Source: a virus (Duplodnaviria; Caudoviricetes). From it: a stretch of DNA of 46,401 nucleotides. The stretch is from positions 1 to 46,401 of the IMG/VR virus record IMGVR_UViG_3300038492_000126. One strand, 5' to 3'. Of the stretch, positions 36,651-44,462 are shown piece after piece (position 1 is the stretch's first letter; every line of letters starts with the position of its first letter). The position numbers and the translations under genes are program-made. A model generated the notes under the pieces. That model made no database searches and was not told where the DNA came from. It worked only from the letters and a program-made list of their open reading frames with translations.

Positions 36651-37182
36651 CGTGCGCGCCTTCCTTATTATATATAGGCGTATATTCGATATCCTCAGCA
36701 GCTCCAAATGATCCGTCCATATTTTGACGGAGTTCTTTAGCTCGGTTCTTAATATCCTGGAGCTCATTCGAAGATAGTCGACGATTTACATTGTGCTCAA
36801 CTTTACTCGTTTTACCTACACCTGCTCGGTCCAATAGGTCTTGGTATACTCCAACTACGAACTTGCGTTCTGATAGTGGAATTTCACTAGCTTCAGGATC
36901 TTCAACTATATCAAGAATCCGCTGGAGAGAAGGAGCAGACATATCACGAATACGTTGCATGACTCCCTCTACTACACCATCACGATCAGCTCCAAGACGA
37001 GCAAGTTCCTTCTTACCTTCATCGGAGTTGATAACATTATAGATAGTTTGAGGAGTCCTATTCACGACATGAGCTATCGCTTGCGGCTGGATACCCGCTG
37101 CTGCTAGCCGTAGTATCTCATAGTGATATGGCTGCAAACGGGCTAGTTGATAATTTTGATTACCTGATTCTTTCCAAGGCAC
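36433..37182 (-). CDS. terS: Terminase small subunit (HTH)
   Basis: GTG start with AGGAGA RBS; IAHVVNRTPQTIYNVINS HTH; DLLDRAG motif; first late gene. Confidence 0.7.
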   Translation of the reverse strand: MPWKESGNQNYQLARLQPYHYEILRLAAAGIQPQAIAHVVNRTPQTIYNVINSDEGKKELARLGADRDGVVEGVMQRIRDMSAPSLQRILDIVEDPEASEIPLSERKFVVGVYQDLLDRAGVGKTSKVEHNVNRRLSSNELQDIKNRAKELRQNMDGSFGAAEDIEYTPIYNKEGAHDERENHTGEHVAEVDSTDQQLPNSAEEERKEPEHSSDSSGLLNFLCSADPSTSSEDSGLAGGSGDDGDRLAV

Positions 37183-37406
37183 CTTTATTCTCCTTATCTG
37201 ATGCGGCTTCTTCTCCTATGTAGGAGGAAGGAACCTCCCCCGCATATGATAGGTTACACGGAGGAGGCCCACGACACCAGAGATTTGAACCGATACGTAG
37301 GTAAGATAACCAACATGTATATGGAAGTCAAGGACTTTTTATTTATTTTATGTTGGCGGCTGTATAGGTGGATGTATAAATATAGGTATATGTATAGAAA
37401 GAGGGA

Positions 37407-37427
37407 ACCGTTGCATCGCGCAACGGT
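37407..37427. promoter_or_regulatory. Palindrome ACCGTTGC-N5-GCAACGGT (variant of the genome-wide site) upstream of the late operon
   Basis: Perfect 8-bp arms, same spacing as TTGCACWGTGCAA. Confidence 0.55.
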
Positions 37428-37561
37428 ATCCTATGAGAATAGAAGATAGTGTAGGATGAGTATATAGGAGAACGGCCAACATGTATGTTGGTGGTTTGTG
37501 AGAAATTTGGAGTTTTGTGGAGAGTAGAGTATTCGCTAAGGCCGCGGACAGTTTCCCCCAG

Positions 37562-37690
37562 GTGCCCCTTTGTTCACGTGTTGATACCCCCTACACCTTT
37601 TGTGCATATCTCAACACCTGTGCTGGTATCCAACACGTGTATACTTAGTGTATTTTTCACACCATGTTCACGTGTCCAGGAAGGGGGCAC
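37562..37690. repeat. Nested imperfect inverted repeats in the divergent intergenic region
   Basis: GTGCCCCTT(37562)/AAGGGGGCAC(37681); CACGTGTTGATACC(37575)/GGTATCCAACACGTG(37625). Confidence 0.6.
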
Positions 37691-37870
37691 TTAGTGTTGT
37701 TCTTACACTTACCCCCTCCCTACTTCGTGTAATATATACACCACGTTATTAATTTTATTAATGTGATATCTGTGATATACGTCACAACTTATTTGTAACA
37801 TGGTGCTATATTACACGTAGATATTAAAAGAACGTATGAGTGTATTAACACCTATATGAAAGGGTATATT

Positions 37871-38047
37871 ATGTTTGCTTATCTAGCTATCAAGTCTGAA
37901 ATGTTGCGTGCTCATGTAGAACGCCTGATCGCACGTGAAATCAATATCGGGCAGTTTGAACGTATTATGGAAGATGGGCGCTACTATGCCTATTTTCCCG
38001 AAACGATTGTTGCGGCTAAATTGCAATGGTGTGGTATTGACTACTAA
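37871..38047 (+). CDS. Small early hypothetical protein
   Basis: GAAAGGG RBS before ATG 37871; TGcTATATT extended -10-like element at 37804-37812. Confidence 0.5.
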   Translation: MFAYLAIKSEMLRAHVERLIAREINIGQFERIMEDGRYYAYFPETIVAAKLQWCGIDY

Positions 38048-38074
38048 CCACGTGGAAATTTTTTCAGAAAGTGC

Positions 38075-38103
38075 TTGACTTTCTATCACGTGTATTTTAT
38101 ATT
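38075..38103 (+). promoter_or_regulatory. Sigma70-type early promoter
   Basis: TTGACT-N17-TATATT with AT-rich upstream tract. Confidence 0.75.
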
Positions 38104-38193
38104 ACTAGTGAATGATCTTTGACACAAATCGCCCTCTTTCCTCCTAAATAGGAAGGGGGCACAACTTACAATCATACCGAAAGGGGTATTGTT

Positions 38194-38744
38194 ATGAGTA
38201 ATGCAAAATTGAACGTGAGCCTTGAAAAGCAGATCATCGAAGTTGACGGTAAGCCGCGTTTTCTGGTCACCGATTTCAACCAAATCATCTTTGCGGACAT
38301 TACGCGGACTTGGAAAAAGGTTGGCGCGTATGGATACCTGAAAAAGACGGTTGGCGAAGGTGATGACGCGAAGGTGAAAAAGGTCTATGCAAAGTCGCAT
38401 TTGCAAGAAGGTTTGAGCGATGAGGAAAAGGCCGAAATGAATACCGATCGCACGATTGAAATGACCGTGAACATGGAAGGTATACTCGGCGAAGAAATCG
38501 ACGACTTCCTGTTCTCGCAGGCCACGAACATTCGGAAGAAAGCTGAAAATAACATCATGGCTCTTCCCGATGAAGAAGTTGAAAGCATGAATAAGTTGTC
38601 ATTGAAAAGAAACGAGCTATTACTCTCCGGGAATGGAGGGGTAGCACACCTGAAAAGCAGGTCAAGAGCCTAGCTAAGAAGATGAAGGCGAAGGGGGTAT
38701 CGAAAGCCGATCTCATCAAGATGTTGGAAGCTATGAACGACTAG
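38194..38744 (+). CDS. Early protein, apparently frameshifted (0 frame stops at 38673; -1 frame continues to TAG 38742-38744)
   Basis: GAAAGGGG RBS; -1 frame open from 38595 gives ...GSTPEKQVKSLAKKMKAKGVSKADLIKMLEAMND*. Confidence 0.65.
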
Positions 38745-38757
38745 AACTACGTTCTAC

Positions 38758-38803
38758 TAGGTGTATGGTAGCAGGGGAGGTTCGACTCCTCCCCCACCTA
38801 CTA
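38758..38803 (+). ncRNA. tRNA-like mini element (acceptor-like stem + T arm, no anticodon arm)
   Basis: TAGGTG/CACCTA stem, TATGGTAGCA linker, GGGGAGG-TTCGACT-CCTCCCC. Confidence 0.4.
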
Positions 38804-38820
38804 TTTATGAAATAGGTATC

Positions 38821-39054
38821 TTGTAATATGTGTAACACATGTAACCCGTGTATATTCTGTAACCCGGGGGTGACACAAACGTGATGTTGGCCGTGTATTA
38901 GGTAGTTAAAAAAAAAAAAAAAAAAAAAAACCTATACACCATATTACACCTATTACGCCTCCTCTAGGCATACAGATATGTATATACCGGGGGTTACGGA
39001 TCTTATACGGGTTACGGTATTACAAATGATGTGACGGGATTACAATGTTACATG
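38821..39054. repeat. Origin-like locus: converging TGTAAC(CC)/(GG)GTTAC repeats flanking a 23-nt poly(A)
   Basis: TGTAA(C/T) at 38822, 38831, 38840, 38858; A23 at 38908-38930; (G/A)TTAC copies between 38991 and 39052. Confidence 0.6.
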
Positions 39055-39073
39055 AAATAGGATAGGAGATAGT

Positions 39074-39277
39074 ATGCAAATACCTAATACGGTATATGTT
39101 ATTATTGCGACTCACGATCAAGGCGCTGTCCAAATTGAAACTGTTTATAGTAATAGAGCTGAAGCAGAGCTTAGGGTAGCTGAATTGAATGAGACAAAAG
39201 GAAGAGGATGGCATTATTATGCCTCTCCCCAATACCTATTCATTAGTAGGAAGGAAGAGAAAAGATGGAAGAGCTGA
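39074..39277 (+). CDS. Small early hypothetical protein
   Basis: AGGAG RBS; VYVI...VYSNRAEAE pattern. Confidence 0.7.
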   Translation: MQIPNTVYVIIATHDQGAVQIETVYSNRAEAELRVAELNETKGRGWHYYASPQYLFISRKEEKRWKS

Positions 39278-39471
39278 TTGCTTTATTGATGAAGCGTGAT
39301 CATGCTAGTCGAGGGGCTGTTATTGAACAGCTAAAAGAGACGCAAGAATCTATTCGGCACGCTGTTATGATAGGTGACTACGGGGATGCAGATAACATAC
39401 TCATGGAAGACCTTGGACTTGAGCCAGACTATATTGTTACCATAACTATGGAGGAGGTTCCAGATGCATAG
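39265..39471 (+). CDS. Small early hypothetical protein
   Basis: LMKRD...ILMEDLGLEPDY pattern; overlapping start. Confidence 0.7.
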   Translation: MEELIALLMKRDHASRGAVIEQLKETQESIRHAVMIGDYGDADNILMEDLGLEPDYIVTITMEEVPDA

Positions 39472-39637
39472 GAAGTGCGCGAGGTGCGGAGGGAGAAATT
39501 CCTCCACATCAGATAATAAATGTATATCCTGCAATATTACCTTGGCAAAGGGGAATCAAGATCTGAAGAGATTGGCAACTGTTATGAGAAAGACTAGGAA
39601 TGTATCTATCATAATAACTGACAAGAAGGAGAAATAG
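39464..39637 (+). CDS. 57-aa zinc-finger protein (absent from ORF track)
   Basis: GGAGGAGG RBS; MHRKCARC...CISC; fills the gap exactly. Confidence 0.7.
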   Translation: MHRKCARCGGRNSSTSDNKCISCNITLAKGNQDLKRLATVMRKTRNVSIIITDKKEK

Positions 39638-39639
39638 GT

Positions 39640-39936
39640 ATGTGGAATGAGAATAAGGAAATGGTCTGTCCAAGGTGTGGAGGGTTGGAAGGTCTCGCAA
39701 AGAGTCCCGGTGATAAGACTGTTAGGCCGTATAAGGTAGATGTAGGTAGAGGATGGGAGAGTCACTGTATATCCTGCGAGATTTGGTTCGTTGATGAAGA
39801 GGTATGGGCTGATGATATTGGCCTACATATAGAGACTGATAGTGGACATAGAGCTGTTTGGGTTCATGATAGGTATGTATTAGAAGAACACCTCTCCGAG
39901 GGAGAGAAGGAGGAAAGAAATGAAAATAGTAATTGA
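39640..39936 (+). CDS. Zinc-ribbon protein
   Basis: CPRC...CISC; AAGGAG RBS. Confidence 0.7.
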   Translation: MWNENKEMVCPRCGGLEGLAKSPGDKTVRPYKVDVGRGWESHCISCEIWFVDEEVWADDIGLHIETDSGHRAVWVHDRYVLEEHLSEGEKEERNENSN

Positions 39937-40588
39937 TCAATTCACAGCCATACTAGACTTCTATGAGCTTTGGAAGGAAGAGCTAGTAGAGTATGAAGGT
40001 GAGATGGTAGTAGGAGATACAACTTTTACTGGCTATCACCTACATAAAGAAGATCCTGTTCCGGAGGGACATAGGAAAATCACGTTCTCTTCATCTGCTC
40101 CAAAGGTGATTGAGTTGAATCTCTTCTACGGAGTTACCAGTAAAGGGAATCAGGATAAGTATAAGAAAAAGAGTAGGAAGAATACTGATCCTATGCAGAA
40201 AGCAAGAGAAGCTTTCGAAAAGGATAGTAAGGAGGAGATACTCGGTCAGTTAGTTGATCTCACAATTGACGACTCGAAGGATGTATTCTTCCCTCTCTTT
40301 CCTCCCATAGTAACTGAGAAGGAAATAGAAGAGCATCTCTCTACCTTCTCACCTGCTCCTATACCCAAGAGGTATCAGAAGAAAGAGGAGGTGGAAGAGG
40401 ATTGGAAGGTAACTGCCCTCCGATATGTAGATTCTATGCGGGAGAGTTACATTAACCTACTCGAACTGGCATTGGCAAATAAGGAATCTATACCACATGA
40501 GGAGCACCTTCGACTCCTATCCAGTCCACTTGCCATTCAACTAACTCAACTTGAAAACATATTTAAGGAAGAGGAAGAGGAATTATGA
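39920..40588 (+). CDS. Hypothetical acidic protein
   Basis: AAGGAGG RBS; 222 aa. Confidence 0.7.
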   Translation: MKIVIDQFTAILDFYELWKEELVEYEGEMVVGDTTFTGYHLHKEDPVPEGHRKITFSSSAPKVIELNLFYGVTSKGNQDKYKKKSRKNTDPMQKAREAFEKDSKEEILGQLVDLTIDDSKDVFFPLFPPIVTEKEIEEHLSTFSPAPIPKRYQKKEEVEEDWKVTALRYVDSMRESYINLLELALANKESIPHEEHLRLLSSPLAIQLTQLENIFKEEEEEL

Positions 40589-40908
40589 CTACTAAAATAG
40601 GTAAGACCACTCTCCCTAAAGAAGGAACTCTCTGGCTGGTAATGAGAAGAGCTACAGGTAGTAACATATTCATGCCTGACTCCATATACCGAGAGCATTC
40701 ATTCGCACGTGCTAGGATGGATGAGATCAATGCAACTAGTAATAGCAAAGCGGCTATCTATGAAGTGTATAGTAATCTCCGCATTGATTACGTTGCGCGG
40801 ATTCGGAACGTGCTGGATAACATGGATGAGGAGGAGAAGGATCGGTTCGCCAACGCTATGGAATACCTACAGAAGGGAGGTAAGGAGGAAAAGAATGAGA
40901 ACCTATAA
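40585..40908 (+). CDS. Hypothetical protein
   Basis: ATGA coupling; GAGG RBS. Confidence 0.7.
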   Translation: MTTKIGKTTLPKEGTLWLVMRRATGSNIFMPDSIYREHSFARARMDEINATSNSKAAIYEVYSNLRIDYVARIRNVLDNMDEEEKDRFANAMEYLQKGGKEEKNENL

Positions 40909-41293
40909 AGTAGTAGGATACTTCCTCTATGATACAATCACAGAGCGGCTGGTCTATAGTGAGATATTCTCCTACTCATTAGCCAAGTCAATGTTGGAGG
41001 CTATGTCTATTGATGATCAGGAGGGAATAGTTATTCTCCCTGCCTATGTTGGTAAGAGAGAATTATATAAGGTATGCGACTATTCCTACTACGATGAGTA
41101 TGAGGCAGAAGAGAGGCTGGTAAAGAAGCAAGGGAAGTATAGGAAGGGAACTGTCCCTTTCTCTAAGATGAAACTTATCTCTCCCGAACAGGGAAAGAAG
41201 TCCTCCCATCGTCATGCGAATAGGTGGAAGGGGGAAGATGTTGTAAAGGTAACTGGTCCAAAAGAATATAAGAATAAAGGTAGGAGAAAGTAG
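40895..41293 (+). CDS. Hypothetical protein with basic C-terminus
   Basis: AAGGAGG RBS before ATG 40895. Confidence 0.65.
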   Translation: MRTYKVVGYFLYDTITERLVYSEIFSYSLAKSMLEAMSIDDQEGIVILPAYVGKRELYKVCDYSYYDEYEAEERLVKKQGKYRKGTVPFSKMKLISPEQGKKSSHRHANRWKGEDVVKVTGPKEYKNKGRRK

Positions 41294-41294
41294 T

Positions 41295-41825
41295 ATGTTG
41301 ACTAATAAGAAGATTGAGAACGTGGAGGTGAATCCCACCTCTAGTAGTCCAAGTCAGTTCCTTTCCCAACTTCAAACTCTACTCAAGCAGCAAGCTGATA
41401 TGATGAGAGATCAGGATCTTGCTATCAAAAAGCTCCTCTCCCTCCATAAGGTAGAAGAAAGGGAGAGGCAGGAGAATGAAGACCTCATCCGAGCGAATGA
41501 GTTAATAGGAAAACTCGCAGATGAGAGGGATGGATTGAAGACAGAATTATTCTGTGAGCATTCAGAAAATACATATCTTAAAAAGGCAAACAAAAGTTTA
41601 AGGCAAGCTCTCGCCCTAGTCCTACTCCAATATGGAGACACCATAATTATGACTGGAGATTCTCTCACCAAGGTGATAGATATAACCAGGGATCACATGC
41701 AACGGCTGTCCGATTATCGGTTAGAAGGAAGAGAAGAACTCGTATTCATAGATGATAATGAGTTTCCAAACAAGTATGAGGTGAAGCTTTCCATTTCACC
41801 TATACCAGATCAATCACCTAAATAA
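41295..41825 (+). CDS. Coiled-coil hypothetical protein
   Basis: AGGAG RBS; heptad region. Confidence 0.7.
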   Translation: MLTNKKIENVEVNPTSSSPSQFLSQLQTLLKQQADMMRDQDLAIKKLLSLHKVEERERQENEDLIRANELIGKLADERDGLKTELFCEHSENTYLKKANKSLRQALALVLLQYGDTIIMTGDSLTKVIDITRDHMQRLSDYRLEGREELVFIDDNEFPNKYEVKLSISPIPDQSPK

Positions 41826-41841
41826 TACCCCCTTCACTATT

Positions 41842-41860
41842 CCATTGCACAGTGCAACGG
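41842..41860. promoter_or_regulatory. Palindromic operator-like site CCATTGCACAGTGCAACGG
   Basis: Intergenic, about 45 nt upstream of a -35 box. Confidence 0.65.
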
Positions 41861-41904
41861 CACCGTGATCGGGGAAACAAACGTGAAAATAATTAAAAAA
41901 ATAC

Positions 41905-41933
41905 TTGACAACACCAATGTTGTTTTGTATATT
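41905..41933 (+). promoter_or_regulatory. Strong sigma70-type promoter with overlapping palindrome
   Basis: TTGACA-N17-TATATT with A-tract UP element; ACAACA-N4-TGTTGT at 41908-41923. Confidence 0.8.
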
Positions 41934-41973
41934 GATATCACCATTGATTGAAAACCGATAGGATATTCACTAA

Positions 41974-42405
41974 ATGAAAACGCAACAACCTACCACAGGT
42001 AAACGAGTTGATACTGGCGCATCACTCATCGTCTCTGTCCGAGTTGATGTTCGCACACTAGCAATACTGCACGGCTACCTATCAGCCAACGCTCCTGAAT
42101 CTATCAAGACACGCGGGGCAGTATGTCGTATGTCTCTTGACCTATTAAAGGACATGGCACTGAAACTAAACTACAGTGATATGTCGATAGCCGAAGCAGT
42201 TACGTATGTCAACCATCACCTTCCCGTCGGCAATCCAATTAGAAAGAAAGTTGTTGACTCTCTCATACATGAAGAGTCTCTCCGCGCATTAACAGAGACC
42301 ATTGAAGAGGGAGTTAGCGAAGAGGAATTACCCTCCTCCATCGCAGATAGAATACAAACTCTGTCTCATCCTGACGACTCGGAGCACAGTAAAAAAGTCG
42401 AATAG
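41974..42405 (+). CDS. Putative ribbon-helix-helix-like regulator
   Basis: IVSVRVD strand followed by two helices; first gene after the promoter. Confidence 0.5.
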   Translation: MKTQQPTTGKRVDTGASLIVSVRVDVRTLAILHGYLSANAPESIKTRGAVCRMSLDLLKDMALKLNYSDMSIAEAVTYVNHHLPVGNPIRKKVVDSLIHEESLRALTETIEEGVSEEELPSSIADRIQTLSHPDDSEHSKKVE

Positions 42406-42464
42406 CACTCTTTGGAATCAGGTAGGCAGCCAATAAAAACGCTCAACTAACAAGGAGATTTACC

Positions 42465-43064
42465 ATGAGCAATGATGTATATGCAGTAACTGAATACCAA
42501 CTCCCCGAAGGTCACGAAGCGCGTGCCACTGCGGTGGAGTATAACTTGACGGCGAGTCAAGTCGCTAAGAACGTCGAAGCAGATGCGAAGCGGGCCGGGA
42601 AAGGGGAAGCTGTGAAGTATCCTCACCTGAAGAACGCAGCCGATGTCGCTGATGAGGACGGCAACGTTCCCTTCGCAGGTGACTATGACTTCGGTGAGGT
42701 CTATGGCCCCGATGGCAAGATCAACTACACCGAATCTATTCAGCGTGCCCGCGCAGTCTTCGGCGATCGTCGAGTGTTCTCTTTCTTCCGTCAAGGTTCT
42801 GGCCTCGGCGTAGGTTCCAACGTTCGTATCTTTATTCGCAACGGTGTGCGTGATGTTGATGCGGAAGGTAATCCAACCGGCGAGCTTCGCTTCCCGACTC
42901 GCGAAGAGATTCAACTCCACCTGAATGAGTTCCTTCCCTCCTCGCAAGAGAAGAAGGCAAAACTCTCTCCGGAAGAGCAGCTCCGTCAGGAAATGGCTGG
43001 ACTTACTCCGGAGCAGAAGGCCGCGAAGAAGGCAGCAATCCTCGCGATGTTCGACGACGAGTAA
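42465..43064 (+). CDS. Hypothetical protein, probably highly expressed
   Basis: AAGGAG RBS; strong codon bias; helical C-terminal tail. Confidence 0.8.
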   Translation: MSNDVYAVTEYQLPEGHEARATAVEYNLTASQVAKNVEADAKRAGKGEAVKYPHLKNAADVADEDGNVPFAGDYDFGEVYGPDGKINYTESIQRARAVFGDRRVFSFFRQGSGLGVGSNVRIFIRNGVRDVDAEGNPTGELRFPTREEIQLHLNEFLPSSQEKKAKLSPEEQLRQEMAGLTPEQKAAKKAAILAMFDDE

Positions 43065-43153
43065 ACTCTCACCTGCCCGTGAGATGGTAGCACCACCCGC
43101 GACCGGCGCCTCAGCGGTATATCTGAGGCATATATTTTCTTCACTAGAAGAAA

Positions 43154-43232
43154 CGGGTATTAGGGAAGTCTGGTCGTTCCCGCCTGCCTTGGGAGCAGGA
43201 GGTCGCTGGTTCGAATCCAGCATACCCGACCA
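43154..43232 (+). tRNA. tRNA-Pro (TGG)
   Basis: CGGGTAT/ATACCCG acceptor, CCTGC-CTTGGGA-GCAGG anticodon arm, GCTGG-TTCGAAT-CCAGC T arm, encoded CCA. Confidence 0.95.
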
Positions 43233-43249
43233 CTTAAAAGGAGATAACC

Positions 43250-43711
43250 ATGCAAGAGAAGCATATCGCAATGATGAAGGTGCTTACCGCATTGAAGGAG
43301 CATCATAACCAAGCAACTAAACCTGTCCTCATAAAGGCATCAGGTCTTGAGACTGATAGGGGAGAATCTCTCCTACTTGAAATGCATCGCAGCCGATTGA
43401 TCCAACATCATCAGTTACCTGTTGGTATTCAGTATAGCATGAAAGATGCAGGTCTCAAGTGGTATGCTTCTATGTTAGGAGAATTTAAGGAGGTAGTAAA
43501 GGATGATGGAGCCGAAAGCAGTGGACTACAAGGTGGAGCAGGGGAGTCCAACTCAAATCCAGATGAAACTGAATCAATGGAAACACAACTACCTTCTGAC
43601 GGTAGAGGGGATGGTAGTGCAGGAGACGATATCCAATCCGGAGATAGTAGTGATAGTGAAGAGGGTGAAGAAGAATCCAACGCAGTAAAATCCTCCGCTA
43701 TTAAGCAATAA
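43250..43711 (+). CDS. Winged-helix-like protein with acidic low-complexity tail
   Basis: AAGGAG RBS; LLEMHRSRLI...YSMKDAGLKW wHTH pattern. Confidence 0.6.
   Translation: MQEKHIAMMKVLTALKEHHNQATKPVLIKASGLETDRGESLLLEMHRSRLIQHHQLPVGIQYSMKDAGLKWYASMLGEFKEVVKDDGAESSGLQGGAGESNSNPDETESMETQLPSDGRGDGSAGDDIQSGDSSDSEEGEEESNAVKSSAIKQ
43503..43688 (+). CDS. 61-aa protein nested out of frame in the tail of 43250-43711
   Basis: AAGGAGGT and AAAGG RBS motifs; globular-looking composition. Confidence 0.55.
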   Translation: MMEPKAVDYKVEQGSPTQIQMKLNQWKHNYLLTVEGMVVQETISNPEIVVIVKRVKKNPTQ

Positions 43712-43726
43712 ACAGCAATAAAATAT

Positions 43727-43801
43727 TGCGGGATGATTAGCAGATGGTAGCTAGCTAGGCTCATAACCTAGAGGTCGGGGGTTCGAGTCCCCCTCCCGCA
43801 A
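43727..43801 (+). tRNA. tRNA with CAT anticodon (Met, initiator-like scaffold)
   Basis: TGCGGGA/TCCCGCA acceptor, TAGC/GCTA D stem, CTAGG-CTCATAA-CCTAG, GGGGG-TTCGAGT-CCCCC; no encoded CCA. Confidence 0.88.
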
Positions 43802-44060
43802 CACATATAATACTCCCTCCCCAGGGACAGTGCTCCGTCGGGATAGTCGACCACCCCTCAACGACTCGACGGGGCCATAAATTTAGGAGGATCTATCATG
43901 AGTAGATACGGATAATCTAAAGGTTAAACAAAGCCGGAAGTGGGCACCGGCGTAAGCCCCTGTTCTTCTACCGTGTTGTCTCATTATAAAGAGGCGGCTG
44001 TGGGCCATAAGGAAGGCAGGGGAATGCCCACAAATAACCGATACAAATAAAGAGGTAACC

Positions 44061-44462
44061 ATGTTCACCAGAGAGTTCATACTATACCTATCCCTATTTA
44101 TCGTCCTCATATCCCTCACATACATAGAGGCAGGGGAATCTGATACGCTCAAGCAAGAAGGGATCGATCAGGTTTTCTTCGCGCTACGTGAGAATACCAA
44201 CGCCGCCTACGATGAGAGCAAATACCCTCTCATAGTCGTTGACACGTCAGTAGCTGTTCAGGTTCTCCTGTCCTCTACTCCTATTCACAAGCCCGATGTG
44301 TTTGTGGATAACCAACCAGCTGAATACCCCTCCCTCACCCTTGTATTCATGAAGAAGTATTTCATCGTCTTCTATAAGGAAGCAGGAGAGGGTATAGTTT
44401 ACAGAACCATACACCTCTATGACCCGAACAAGTCAGGGAAGAATGATGAGGAGTATAGATGA
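44061..44462 (+). CDS. Exported or membrane-anchored early protein
   Basis: GAGGT RBS; FILYLSLFIVLISLTYIEA signal-like N-terminus. Confidence 0.7.
   Translation: MFTREFILYLSLFIVLISLTYIEAGESDTLKQEGIDQVFFALRENTNAAYDESKYPLIVVDTSVAVQVLLSSTPIHKPDVFVDNQPAEYPSLTLVFMKKYFIVFYKEAGEGIVYRTIHLYDPNKSGKNDEEYR

Noticed and set aside
37201-37694. ORFs 37201-37449 and 37485-37694
   Set aside because: No convincing RBS; low-complexity, repeat-rich regulatory region
38908-38930. Poly(A) as a retrotransposition scar
   Set aside because: No target-site duplication or RT; flanked instead by symmetric repeats
42447-43271. 274-aa minus-strand ORF
   Set aside because: Antisense shadow of the 42465 gene and tRNA-Pro (WSGMLDSNQRPPAPKAG is a reverse-translated tRNA)
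43154-43801. tRNAs as attP of a temperate phage
   Set aside because: No integrase or serine/tyrosine recombinase motif found
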